The notes under the pieces were generated by a model that saw only the letters and a list, made by a program, of their open reading frames with translations, searched no databases and was not told the DNA's origin. 64,000 nucleotides of DNA from Verrucomicrobiota bacterium. GTDB taxonomy: Bacteria > Verrucomicrobiota > Verrucomicrobiia > Verrucomicrobiales > V1-33. A program made the position numbers and the translations under genes. Shown here one piece after another: positions 38,252 to 47,840 of the stretch; the first letter of the stretch is position 1, and every line of letters begins with the position of its first letter. The stretch spans positions 74,184 through 138,183 of the forward strand of contig QQNF01000001.1 of the NCBI GenBank assembly GCA_003402705.1, in the 5' to 3' direction.

Positions 38252-39187
38252 ATGGGAATTGAATTCATCGGATGCATAGCTTTTGGTGATGCCGTGTCGA
38301 ATTTGAACTTGCAGCGACTGAGCCACTTCCTCGCCGTCGTGGATTCCGGCAGCCTCGGGCGTGCTTCCCGCGTGGTGAAACTGAGCCAGCCCGCCCTGAC
38401 CAAAAGCATCCGCAAGCTCGAGAGCGAGTTGGGCTTCGCGCTTTTCGACCGCGCCGGTTCCCTCGAACTGACCGGCCTCGGACGGGAGTTTCTCGACCGG
38501 GCCCGCCACCTCGTCGGACAAGCCGGTGACCTCGAGCGAGAGACATGCCTCCTGCGAGGTGGCCAGATCGGTACCCTGAAAGTCGCCTGCGGTGCCACCA
38601 TGGCCGAGACCCACCTCGCCCCTGCCCTCGCAACCCTCGTCCAGCGCCATTCCGGCCTGCGCGTCGAGGCCCGCGTCGGGGACTTCCGCGAATTGCCCGC
38701 CTTGCTCAGAAACCGGCAGATCGACTTGGGGGTCGGCGAATATTCCGCGATCGAACTCGAGTCCGACCTGAAGATCTTCCCCCTCGCGCCTCAGGAGGTC
38801 GTGTTTGTCTGCCGACCCGGCCACCCCCTCGACCGCCGCCCGGGCCGTCTCGTCACCCTCGCCGAGTTCTTCGCTTACCCGCTCGTCGCCACCGGCCTGC
38901 CCGATTGGGCCGTGCGCTGGCTGCGTCAGCACCACCCCGAAAAGGCAGGGAGCGAGAGTCTCACCGTCACCTGCAATCACTTTCCCCTCCTCAAAACCGT
39001 CATCGCCCGGACCGACGCCGTCTCCGGCATGCCGGAAGGCGTCGCCCGCCCCGAACTGGAGGCCGGCACCCTCATCCGCATCCGCCTCGAATCCCCGCCC
39101 CTCGTCAACCAGGCCGGCATCATTCATTTGAATGACCGCACCCTCTCTCCCGCCGCCCGGCTGTTGATGGAGGTCATGCTCGGGTGA
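38252..39187 (+). CDS. LysR-family transcriptional regulator (start uncertain: ATG 38225/38252 or GTG 38294)
   Basis: LQRLSHFLAVVDSGSLGRASRVVKLSQPALTKSIRKLESELGFALFDR is a LysR wHTH. Divergent from the DUF3604 operon. Confidence 0.85.
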   Translation: MGIEFIGCIAFGDAVSNLNLQRLSHFLAVVDSGSLGRASRVVKLSQPALTKSIRKLESELGFALFDRAGSLELTGLGREFLDRARHLVGQAGDLERETCLLRGGQIGTLKVACGATMAETHLAPALATLVQRHSGLRVEARVGDFRELPALLRNRQIDLGVGEYSAIELESDLKIFPLAPQEVVFVCRPGHPLDRRPGRLVTLAEFFAYPLVATGLPDWAVRWLRQHHPEKAGSESLTVTCNHFPLLKTVIARTDAVSGMPEGVARPELEAGTLIRIRLESPPLVNQAGIIHLNDRTLSPAARLLMEVMLG

Positions 39188-39435
39188 CCGTGAAGGGGCC
39201 GTGCTTCAGCCAACGATCAGAAATCAGATCGAGGTCCCAGCACGTCTTTCAGCATCAAGAACCGCTACGATTAGGGTGCCGCGCGCCGCAATCGGACAGG
39301 CCTCTTCTCAGAGACCTCGGCGCGTTACAAACTGCACCACCTGAGATGGCAAAGTGACCACCGGGTCGTGGAGCTCGTCCGCCCATTCCGCCATCCCGGC
39401 AGCTCCCGACCCCGCCGCGCCACTCCGCCGCCACC

Positions 39436-41286
39436 TCACTGCTTCCGCTGCTGGTCCCGGAACGCACTCCCGCCGCCGCCGCCGGTCCGCGGCCCCTTGC
39501 CCTTCTTGGCCGCGTCCTGCTGCTGCCGCGCCGCCATCGCCATTTCCATGAACGACGCCCGCGGCGCCTGCTTCACCAGCTCAGGTTCCGGCTGGCGCTT
39601 CATCAGCCACGTCTGGAAGATCGAAATCACGTTCTGCACCGTCCAGTAGAGCGCCAGCGCACTCGCGAAGTTATAGCAGAAGAACATGAACATGAACGGC
39701 ATGAACTTGAACAGCTTCTGCTGCATCTGCATCTGCGCGTTGTCCGTCATCGTCGGCGTCGGAGCCACCTTCATCTGGATGTACATCGACACCGTCATCA
39801 GAATCGGCAGCGGATTCACCGGAATCCCGCCAGCCACTGGAATCGTGAAAATCGTGTCCGGCATCGAAAGATCCTTCACCCACAGGAACGAGTGCCCGCG
39901 CATCTCCACCGCACTCTTCATCATGTTATAGTAGCCAAGGAAGATCGGAAACTGAAACACCAGCGGCAGACAGCCACCCACCGGATTCACCCGGTAATCC
40001 CGGTACAGCTTCATCACCTCCATGTTCATCCGCTGCGGGTCATCCTTGTGCTTCTCGCGGATCTCCGTCATCTGCGGCGCCAGCTTGCTCATCCGCTTCA
40101 TCGCCCGCGTCGCCTTGATGTGCAGCGGCCAGATCACAATCCGCACGCACAGCGTCAGCAGCATGATCGCGAGCCCGTAATTGTGAATCCACCGGTGAAA
40201 CGTGTTCAGCGCCCCCAGAAACAACCGGCTCAGCACCCGGAACCACCCGTAATGCATCACCTGATTCCGGTCTCCGCCCAGCAGGTTCAGCACCGTCCCC
40301 GACCGCGGCCCCGCATACACCTCGCCACTCCATACAAAAGTCTCGTTAGGCTGACTGAACCCCACCGTCCCGATCCCCAGCGCCGCTCCCACGCCCCAGG
40401 CCTCCACCCGCTTCCGGCCCGGATCATCAAACGCCACCTTGTGCCGCGTCGACCACAATGTCGTCTCCCCGGCCTTCACCTCGGACGGACTCATCAGCAC
40501 CGCATAATACTGATTGTGCACCCCGCCGAACGTCACCTTCTCCAAGCGGTTCGGAATCACTTCCCGCTCCGGCCGCCGCTCCGACAACCCGAAAAACGTC
40601 GCCCGCTCGAACTGCGTCCCGTCCTGTTCCTCCGCATTGCCGTCCGCATACCACGTCGCCGCAGGCATGATCCAGTCGTTGTCATGCAGCTTCCCTAACA
40701 TTCCGGAAAACACCGCGTACGGCACCGGCGTCTTCGCACCGCCGCCCGTATTCGTCAGGGTCACCTTCAGATTCCAAAGATACCCCCATCCGTCCAGCGC
40801 CGGTCCCTTGTCCGACAGCACCCACTCCTTCGTGATCCTAACGCCGTCCCGCTCGCCCGTGAACGTCACCGCACGGTCGCTCTTCGCCTGAACCGTGTAC
40901 ACCAGATCCTCAAACTTCCCGGGCTCGTTCCCCAAGGCCCCGATCACCGCCGGCGACTCATGATCGTTCAGCACCTGCTCGGTCTCCCCCGCATACGGCC
41001 CCTTCAGAATCCGCACCTGCTTGATCCCGCCACCCAGACTCGAAAACGTGTACACCGCCGCCTCCCCCGCCACTTCAAACGTCTCCGCCGCCACCGCGGC
41101 CGGACCCGGCACCACCGGCGCCATCGGCTTCACCGCAGCCTCCCCCGCCCCGGGCGTCCCCGCCACCACCGTCGGCACATCCTTCTTCTCCACCGGCTTC
41201 ACCGGCGGCTTCTGCGTGAACAACGTGTAGCTCAGCCCAAGGCTGCACAGGATCACCACGATCCACTCAGTGCGATTCAATTTCAT
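39436..41286 (-). CDS. yidC: Membrane protein insertase YidC
   Basis: ATG at 41286. C-terminal core ...YGLAIMLLTLCVRIVIWPL...MKLYRDYRVNPVGGCLPLVFQFPIFLGYY... Confidence 0.9.
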   Translation of the reverse strand: MKLNRTEWIVVILCSLGLSYTLFTQKPPVKPVEKKDVPTVVAGTPGAGEAAVKPMAPVVPGPAAVAAETFEVAGEAAVYTFSSLGGGIKQVRILKGPYAGETEQVLNDHESPAVIGALGNEPGKFEDLVYTVQAKSDRAVTFTGERDGVRITKEWVLSDKGPALDGWGYLWNLKVTLTNTGGGAKTPVPYAVFSGMLGKLHDNDWIMPAATWYADGNAEEQDGTQFERATFFGLSERRPEREVIPNRLEKVTFGGVHNQYYAVLMSPSEVKAGETTLWSTRHKVAFDDPGRKRVEAWGVGAALGIGTVGFSQPNETFVWSGEVYAGPRSGTVLNLLGGDRNQVMHYGWFRVLSRLFLGALNTFHRWIHNYGLAIMLLTLCVRIVIWPLHIKATRAMKRMSKLAPQMTEIREKHKDDPQRMNMEVMKLYRDYRVNPVGGCLPLVFQFPIFLGYYNMMKSAVEMRGHSFLWVKDLSMPDTIFTIPVAGGIPVNPLPILMTVSMYIQMKVAPTPTMTDNAQMQMQQKLFKFMPFMFMFFCYNFASALALYWTVQNVISIFQTWLMKRQPEPELVKQAPRASFMEMAMAARQQQDAAKKGKGPRTGGGGGSAFRDQQRKQ

Positions 41287-41314
41287 AAATGAGGAAAAGA
41301 AAAATTTGGCGCGG

Positions 41315-41566
41315 TCAATCCCTGCGGCGCGGCGGGAGGTCCGGAACCGGGTCATATCCGCACCCGCCCCAAGGATGGCAACGGCAGATGCGCCGAATTC
41401 CCAGCCACGATCCCCGCATCGCCCCATGCTTCTCAACCGCTTCCAGATAATACTGCGAACACGTCGGCTCGTACCGGCATCCCCCGGCAGGCCCCGCCAG
41501 CCGATGCAGCCCCGGCGACAAAAACCGCTGATAAAACCGGATCAGCCCGCGAATCACCGACTTCAT
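41315..41566 (-). CDS. yidD: Membrane protein insertion efficiency factor YidD
   Basis: [13 protein letters not shown]...[21 protein letters not shown]...[17 protein letters not shown]. Confidence 0.9.
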   Translation of the reverse strand: MKSVIRGLIRFYQRFLSPGLHRLAGPAGGCRYEPTCSQYYLEAVEKHGAMRGSWLGIRRICRCHPWGGCGYDPVPDLPPRRRD

Positions 41567-41919
41567 GGCGTCGCCTCCGGTGGCAGCAACCCAGCCCGCC
41601 GCATCGTCCGCACCCAATCCCCCTCCAATTCCGCCGCCGTCACCGTCGCCGCCACCGGCCGCGGAATCGTCACCACCAGATAATTCCCGCGCAGCAACGG
41701 CAGCCAGCGCGCCAGCACCATCTGCAACCGCCGCCGCGTCCGGTTCCGCACCACCGCATTCCCCACCTTCCGGGTCACCGCAAACCCCGCACGGCTCGGC
41801 CCCTCCGCCATCGCCAGCAACCCGATCGTCACCAGCTTCCCCCGGCACGTCCGTCCCTTCGCACGCACCAAACCAAACTCCCCCGTGCGGCGGATGCGCT
41901 GCGGCCTCGGAAGCGCCAT
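41563..41919 (-). CDS. rnpA: RNase P protein component
   Basis: [23 protein letters not shown]...[21 protein letters not shown]. Its stop overlaps the yidD ATG. Confidence 0.8.
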   Translation of the reverse strand: MALPRPQRIRRTGEFGLVRAKGRTCRGKLVTIGLLAMAEGPSRAGFAVTRKVGNAVVRNRTRRRLQMVLARWLPLLRGNYLVVTIPRPVAATVTAAELEGDWVRTMRRAGLLPPEATP

Positions 41920-42026
41920 GGACAAAAGAAAGCGCGCGCCGTGCCGGAACACGCCGCGCGCTGGATTGAATCTCAGACCCGGACCTCAGCTGCCCGCAGG
42001 CAACCTCCATCCAAGTCTCACCTCCG

Positions 42027-42203
42027 TCAGGATTGCGTGTGACGCGCAAAGTGAATCTCGGCACCCTTCGGCAACAGGCGCTTGCGGCCCTTCTGACGGC
42101 GGCGGGCCAGCGTCATCCGGCCACCTTTGGAAGCCATGCGGGCGCGGAATCCATGCTGCTGCTTGCGGGTCCGCTTGGAGGGCTGATAAGTGCGTTTCGA
42201 CAT
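42027..42203 (-). CDS. rpmH: 50S ribosomal protein L34, with a ~13-aa C-terminal extension
   Basis: [43 protein letters not shown] followed by [15 protein letters not shown]. Confidence 0.9.
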   Translation of the reverse strand: MSKRTYQPSKRTRKQQHGFRARMASKGGRMTLARRRQKGRKRLLPKGAEIHFARHTQS

Positions 42204-42398
42204 ATGCGTGAAAGAAAATAGGAACTCGCCGGAACCCGCCACGGCAGGCGACCAGTTCCAGTAAAAGGGCCGCGATCCTACCGTCCTCCTCCAGCTTGTC
42301 AACGGACAATCCACACTCTCCCATCCCAAAAAACAAAGGAGGCCGCAGGCCACGCCTCATCAGCGCCTCCCGCAGCCTCCCGATTCAAAACCTCAAAC

Positions 42399-42830
42399 TC
42401 AGGCCGGCTTCTGCTCGTCCCCGCCCATGCTCGACAGCAGCGACGGCAGCAACGCCGCCAGCCCTTCCGATGCATCCCCGCCGCCTTCCACCTGCCCGGA
42501 CGGCGTCAGCTTGTCGATGATCTTCGGCAGATACGTCGCCAGAAATCCAGACGCCTTCGACGGATCAACCCCCAGCTGCGACGCCAAAGCCGAAATCTGC
42601 TCCGATCCCAGCGCGCTGTGCACCTGATCCGCAGACACCGACTTGTTCTCCCCCATCCCCACCCACGACGAAAAGATATCGCCCAGCCCGTTCGCCGAAA
42701 ACTTGCTCTTCAGGCCCTCAAGCCCCCCGCTCTGACTGAGCAGACCGGAAAGTGCCGTCTGCAGCGTCGAGGCCTGGCCATCCGCAGGCTTGCCAGTAAC
42801 CAGTCCGAGAAGTGTATCGAGAAGTGACAT
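42399..42830 (-). CDS. YidB-like protein (DUF937)
   Basis: MSLLDTLLGLVTG...GGLEGLKSKFSANGLGDIFSSWVGMGENKSVSADQV... Confidence 0.65.
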   Translation of the reverse strand: MSLLDTLLGLVTGKPADGQASTLQTALSGLLSQSGGLEGLKSKFSANGLGDIFSSWVGMGENKSVSADQVHSALGSEQISALASQLGVDPSKASGFLATYLPKIIDKLTPSGQVEGGGDASEGLAALLPSLLSSMGGDEQKPA

Positions 42831-42932
42831 TTGATTTTTTTTTTTGGGCTCCGGCAGGCAATCGCTGCCCAACGCGACCTGACACGATCCCCCCCACTTC
42901 TGTCAATCCCGGACCAGCGGAAGTCGCACCCC

Positions 42933-43895
42933 TCACTCCCCGCCCGAAAAGACCCCGAACCGCCGGAACTTCGCATACCGCCCCGCCCGCAGCGCCGGAG
43001 CCTCCAGCGGTGTCAGCTCGTCCAGATGCCGGATCACCGCCGCCCGCAACGCCGCCGCACTCGCCTCCGGATCATAATGCGCCCCGCCCAGCGGCTCAGG
43101 CACCACCTCATCAATAATCCCCAACTCGCTCAGATCCTTCGACGTAATATGCAGCGCCTCCGCCGCCTCCGGCGCATGCTTCCGGTCCTTCCACAGAATC
43201 GCCGCACATCCCTCAGGACTGATCACCGAATAATACGCGTTCTCCATCATCAGCACCCGGTCCGCCACCCCGATCCCCAAAGCCCCGCCACTGCCGCCCT
43301 CCCCGATCACCACCGCCACCACCGGCACCTTCAGCATCATCATCTCCCGCAGATTGAACGCAATGCTCTCCGCAATGTTCCGCTCCTCCGCCTGAATCCC
43401 CGGATAGGCCCCCGGCGTGTCAATCAGACTCACCACCGGCAACCCGAACTTGTCCGCCAACCGCATCAGCCGCAACGCCTTACGGTACCCCTCAGGGTGC
43501 GCACACCCGAAATTCCGCATCAGATTCTCCTTCGTGTCCCGGCCCTTCTGATGCCCGATCACCACCACCCGCCGCCCACCGATCCTCGCAAACCCACCAG
43601 GCATCGCATGGTCATCCCCAATGTGCCGATCCCCGTGCAGCTCCACAAAATCCGTGAAACACCGCTCGATGTAATCCAGCATGTACGGCCGCGCCGGATG
43701 CCGCGCAATCTGCACCCGCTGCCACGGCGTCAGCTGCCGGTACGTCGTCTCCCGCAATTCCTCCAGCTTCGCACGGATCGCTCCCGCCTCGCCAGTCAGA
43801 TTGATGTCCTGCGCAGAACTCTTCTGCAGCAATTCGTCCAGCTGCTCCTGGAGCGCAAAGATCGGCTTCTCAAATTCAAGCGGGACGTGCTTCAT
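42933..43895 (-). CDS. accA: Acetyl-CoA carboxylase carboxyltransferase alpha subunit
   Basis: LEFEKPI...[17 protein letters not shown]...[23 protein letters not shown]...[16 protein letters not shown]...[11 protein letters not shown]. Confidence 0.95.
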   Translation of the reverse strand: MKHVPLEFEKPIFALQEQLDELLQKSSAQDINLTGEAGAIRAKLEELRETTYRQLTPWQRVQIARHPARPYMLDYIERCFTDFVELHGDRHIGDDHAMPGGFARIGGRRVVVIGHQKGRDTKENLMRNFGCAHPEGYRKALRLMRLADKFGLPVVSLIDTPGAYPGIQAEERNIAESIAFNLREMMMLKVPVVAVVIGEGGSGGALGIGVADRVLMMENAYYSVISPEGCAAILWKDRKHAPEAAEALHITSKDLSELGIIDEVVPEPLGGAHYDPEASAAALRAAVIRHLDELTPLEAPALRAGRYAKFRRFGVFSGGE

Positions 43896-44788
43896 GGGGT
43901 TCGGGGGACTGTTGGTTTCAGAAATCGCAGCGCGCAACCGGGCCGCACCACCGTCGTCAGTTCATCAAGATCTGCTTCACTCAGATAAATCCCCGGCTCC
44001 GCCGTCGCCCCACCCTCACCACCCTCAGGCACCGCCCGGAACACAATCCCGCTCCGCTGCCCACGCGGCGGCGTCTGCAGCCGCTTCGCCGCCCCAGCAT
44101 ACCGGTCGTCATCCGGCCGGATCCGCTGGCTCCCCTCCCAGCCCGCCGACTCCGCCACCGTCGTCTCCGCCGGCAGCGACGGAAACGGCAGATGATAGGA
44201 CACAATCCCGTATTCCTTGAAGTACCGCCCGTCCTTCACCAGCAGCAGCCGCTTCCTCTCCAGATCCACCCCAAGCTCGAAATCCAGCGGATAAAGCACC
44301 AGCCGGTCCCCCGGATGAATCACATTCCCCAGCAGATTGTTCACCCGCTTGATGAACGGCACCGTCGTCCGGAACCGCGTCGCAATCGAATGCAGGTTGT
44401 CCTGCTTCGTCTTCCCCACCGAATACTCCAGCTTCCCAGGCATCGGCACCCGCGCAAACAACCGGTCCATGTTCATCTCCCCAAGCACCCGCCGCGCATC
44501 CCCGCTCCGCTCACTGTCAGGATACAGCTCGATCACCTCCGCCAGCCGCCCCCGCGCCTTCTCAAGGTCCCCGCCACGAATGCTCTCCAGCGCCTCATCG
44601 TATATCCTCCGCCCGGGGTCCGCCTTCGGCCCCCGCCCCTTCAGCATCGCCGTAATCGCCTCCTTCCGCTGCTGCTCCGGCAGCACCGAACGCTCGTAAT
44701 ACCACACCGCCCCAGCCACCGCACCGCCCAGCACCAGCAGGGCACCGAGCGCAGCAAAGGTGCGGAAGGAAAATCGGCTCATCAGCAT
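43892..44788 (-). CDS. Membrane-anchored LysM + YkuD-like (L,D-transpeptidase fold) protein, catalytic Cys not evident
   Basis: LysM-like [31 protein letters not shown]...IHPGDRLVL. The YkuD-like C-terminus has EPGIYL where SHGCIR is expected. Its stop overlaps the accA ATG. Confidence 0.5.
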   Translation of the reverse strand: MLMSRFSFRTFAALGALLVLGGAVAGAVWYYERSVLPEQQRKEAITAMLKGRGPKADPGRRIYDEALESIRGGDLEKARGRLAEVIELYPDSERSGDARRVLGEMNMDRLFARVPMPGKLEYSVGKTKQDNLHSIATRFRTTVPFIKRVNNLLGNVIHPGDRLVLYPLDFELGVDLERKRLLLVKDGRYFKEYGIVSYHLPFPSLPAETTVAESAGWEGSQRIRPDDDRYAGAAKRLQTPPRGQRSGIVFRAVPEGGEGGATAEPGIYLSEADLDELTTVVRPGCALRFLKPTVPRTP

Positions 44789-44910
44789 ACGTACACGGAA
44801 AACCTCACGCTGCCCGCGGTTCCCCCTCCCGTCAACCCTCCCGCCACTCCCGATACCGGAGCCGCGGACTTGCTGCCATCCCCGTCTCCCCGCGATCCTC
44901 ACCCCCTCCC

Positions 44911-47829
44911 ATGCCCGCTCCTTCCTTCTCCCTCCCGCGGGCCTCCCTCTCCCTCTCACTCGCCGCCGCCCTCCTCTCACCCGCCCGCACCGCCATCTCC
45001 CCACCCCCGGACGCCCTCCAGCACTGGGCCTTCCAACCTCCCTCCAGCCCCGATCCCCCAGCCGCCACCGATCCCTCCCTCCAACCCATCGATCGCTTCC
45101 TCCGCGCCTCCCTCGCCACCTCCGGCCTCTCCCCCGCCGCACCCGCCGACTCCCGTTCCCTCATCCGCCGCATCACCTTCGACCTCACCGGCCTCCCGCC
45201 CTCCCCAGCAGACACTAACGCCTTCTCCAAAGCCGACGCCGCCAACCGCCCCGCCGCCGTCGCCGCCCTTACCGACCGCCTCCTCGCCAGCACAGCCTTC
45301 GGCGAACGCTGGGGCCGCCACTGGCTCGATCTCGCCCGCTACTCCGACACCAAAGGCTACGTCTACGCCCGCGAAGAACGCCGCTTCGCCCACGCCCCCA
45401 CCTACCGCCGCTGGGTCATCAGCGCCCTCAATCAGGACCTCCCCTACAACCGCTTCCTCCTCCTCCAGATCGCCGGCGACCAACTCCTCCCACCCGCCTC
45501 CCCCGACCTCGCCGCCATGGGCTTCCTCACCGGCGGCCGCCGCTTCATCGGCGTCACCCACGACATCATCGACGACCGCATCGACGTTGTCATGCGCTCC
45601 ACCATGGCCCTAACCGTCCAGTGCGCCCGCTGCCACGACCACAAATACGACCCCGTCCCCACCGCCGATTACTACTCGCTCTACGGGGTCTTCCAGAGCA
45701 GCACCGACCAGCTCATCCCCCTCCACACCACAGCAGACGCGGAACTCAAAAAACGTCAGGACGCCCTCGCCTCCGCCATGGCCTCCCACCGCTCAGACGC
45801 CGCCCAGCGTCTCCGCTCCCGTCTCGCCGACTACCTCAACGCCCAGCGCGAGCTAGCCAAATATCCCGAGGAAGGCTTCGACCAGATCCTCTCTCCCTCC
45901 GACCTCATCCCAGCCTCCGTCCGCCGCTGGCGCGACTGGCTCCACACCCACGCCAGCCCCGCCCACCCGATCTTCGGCCCATGGCTGACCCTCGCCACCA
46001 TCCCCGCCGACCAATTCCCCGATCTCGCCGCCAGCGCCCTCGCCCCGCTCCTCGCCAGCAACTCGCTCCACCCCGCCATCGCCGCCGCCTTCCAGTCCGC
46101 CCCCGATTCCCCCGCCGCCGTCGCTAGCCGTTATTCAGAAGTCTTCAACGCCGCCGCCACCCACCCCGATGCTCCCGGCAGCACCGCCCTCCTCGCCCTC
46201 CTCAACGACCCGTCCGGTCCCTTCCAGGTCCCCGCCACCGGGATCGTGAACAACGAACTCTTCTTCCCCTCCGACACCGTCACCGCCCTCTGGAAACTCC
46301 AGGGCGATGTCGACCGCCGTCTCATCGAACTCAACGCCCCGGCCGCCCTAATCCTAACAGACATGCCGCACGCCGCCAACCCCCGCATCTTCGAACGCGG
46401 CAGTCCCGCCCGGCTCGGCCCCGAAGTCCCCCGCCGTCTCCCGCTCATCCTCGCGCCGCACGACCGCCAGCCGTTCCAATCCGGCAGCGGCCGCCTCGAA
46501 CTCGCGAACGCCATCGCCTCACCACAAAACCCCCTGACCGCCCGCGTCTTCGTCAATCGCGTCTGGCAGCACCTCTTCGGCGCAGGCCTCGTCCGCACCC
46601 CTAGCGACTTCGGCCTCCGCGCCGGTTCCCCCAGCCACCCCGCCCTCCTTGACTGGCTCGCCCGCGACTTCATCCATTCCGGCTGGAGTCTCAAATCCCT
46701 CCTCCGCAATCTGATCGCCTCCCGCACCTATCAGCAATCCCACACCCCGGCCAATCCCGACGCCTCCTCCGTCCTCGACCCTGACAACCGTCTCCTCTCC
46801 CGCGCCCCCGTCCGTCGTCTCGACTTCGAAGCCGTCCGCGACGCCATGCTCGCCGTCTCCGGCGATCTCGACAACGCCAGCGCCGGCCCGCCCATGGAAA
46901 TCACCGACCCTGCCAACCGCCGCCGCACGGTCCATGCATGGATCGACCGCCAGTTCGTCCCCGGCACGCTCCGTTCCTTCGACTTCGCCAACCCTGACAT
47001 CCACGTCGCCACCCGCCACGAAACCACCGTCCCTCAACAAGCCCTCTTCTTCCTCAACGGTCCCTTCGCCGCCGCCCGCGCCCGTTCCCTGGCCGCCACC
47101 TCCGCCTCGCTCCCCGACCCCGATCGCATCCAGTTCCTCCATCGCCAGCTCTATCAACGCCCCGCTTCCCCCGCGGAATCCGCCAGCGCTCTGACATTCC
47201 TCACCGCCGCCAAAGCCGACGCGGCCGCGCAATCTCCCCCTCCTCCTCCGTCTCCTTGGTCCTGCGGCACCGGCGCCTTCGACGAATCCTCACAACGCAC
47301 CGCCTCCTTCACCCCCCTCCCTCACTTCACCGGCTCCGCCTACCAGGGCGCTCCCGCATGGCCCGGCGGCCCCACCGGCTGGGCCCAGCTCACCGCCACC
47401 GGCGGCCACCCCGGCGACTCCCGCCAGCACGCCGTCATCCGCCGCTGGACCGCTCCCGCCTCCGCCACCATCTCCATCACCGGAACCCTCCGCCACGAAC
47501 CCGCCGAAGGCGACGGCATCCGCGCCTTCATCATCTCCAGCCGCCACGGCACGCTCCTCGCCGCCGATGTCCACCACCGCGACATCCCCATGGCCGTCCC
47601 TTCCCTAACGGTCTCCAGGGGCGACACCATCGACTTCCTCGTCGACATCCGCAACGACCTCAACAGCGACCAGTTCCTCTGGAGTCCTCACATCTCCAAC
47701 TCAGACGCAACATGGGGCGCCGACCTCGACTTCTCCGGCCCCGACACCCCGCCGCCGGACCTTCTCGAACCATGGGCCCAGTACGCCCAGGTCCTCCTTC
47801 TCGCTAACGAGTTCACCTTCACCGACTGA
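44911..47829 (+). CDS. DUF1549/DUF1553 (PSD1-type) protein
   Basis: FGERWGRHWLDLARYSDTKGYVY (DUF1549) and CARCHDHKYDPVPTADYYSLYGVF (DUF1553). Confidence 0.85.
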   Translation: MPAPSFSLPRASLSLSLAAALLSPARTAISPPPDALQHWAFQPPSSPDPPAATDPSLQPIDRFLRASLATSGLSPAAPADSRSLIRRITFDLTGLPPSPADTNAFSKADAANRPAAVAALTDRLLASTAFGERWGRHWLDLARYSDTKGYVYAREERRFAHAPTYRRWVISALNQDLPYNRFLLLQIAGDQLLPPASPDLAAMGFLTGGRRFIGVTHDIIDDRIDVVMRSTMALTVQCARCHDHKYDPVPTADYYSLYGVFQSSTDQLIPLHTTADAELKKRQDALASAMASHRSDAAQRLRSRLADYLNAQRELAKYPEEGFDQILSPSDLIPASVRRWRDWLHTHASPAHPIFGPWLTLATIPADQFPDLAASALAPLLASNSLHPAIAAAFQSAPDSPAAVASRYSEVFNAAATHPDAPGSTALLALLNDPSGPFQVPATGIVNNELFFPSDTVTALWKLQGDVDRRLIELNAPAALILTDMPHAANPRIFERGSPARLGPEVPRRLPLILAPHDRQPFQSGSGRLELANAIASPQNPLTARVFVNRVWQHLFGAGLVRTPSDFGLRAGSPSHPALLDWLARDFIHSGWSLKSLLRNLIASRTYQQSHTPANPDASSVLDPDNRLLSRAPVRRLDFEAVRDAMLAVSGDLDNASAGPPMEITDPANRRRTVHAWIDRQFVPGTLRSFDFANPDIHVATRHETTVPQQALFFLNGPFAAARARSLAATSASLPDPDRIQFLHRQLYQRPASPAESASALTFLTAAKADAAAQSPPPPPSPWSCGTGAFDESSQRTASFTPLPHFTGSAYQGAPAWPGGPTGWAQLTATGGHPGDSRQHAVIRRWTAPASATISITGTLRHEPAEGDGIRAFIISSRHGTLLAADVHHRDIPMAVPSLTVSRGDTIDFLVDIRNDLNSDQFLWSPHISNSDATWGADLDFSGPDTPPPDLLEPWAQYAQVLLLANEFTFTD

Positions 47830-47840
47830 TTCCCCATCCC

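Noticed and set aside
38009-39127. 372-aa minus-strand ORF
   Set aside because: It is antisense to the LysR regulator, which has a clear wHTH. It is Gly/Glu/Ala-rich with no recognisable motifs.
41567-42064. N-terminal extension of the yidD ORF to 249 aa
   Set aside because: The extension overlaps rnpA in another frame and is Gly/Ala-rich. YidD is a ~80-aa protein, and its ATG at 41566 overlaps the rnpA stop.
42831-45613. Long plus-strand ORFs 42831-43988 and 44192-45613
   Set aside because: They are antisense to accA and the LysM/YkuD-like gene. They are Pro/Arg/His low complexity.
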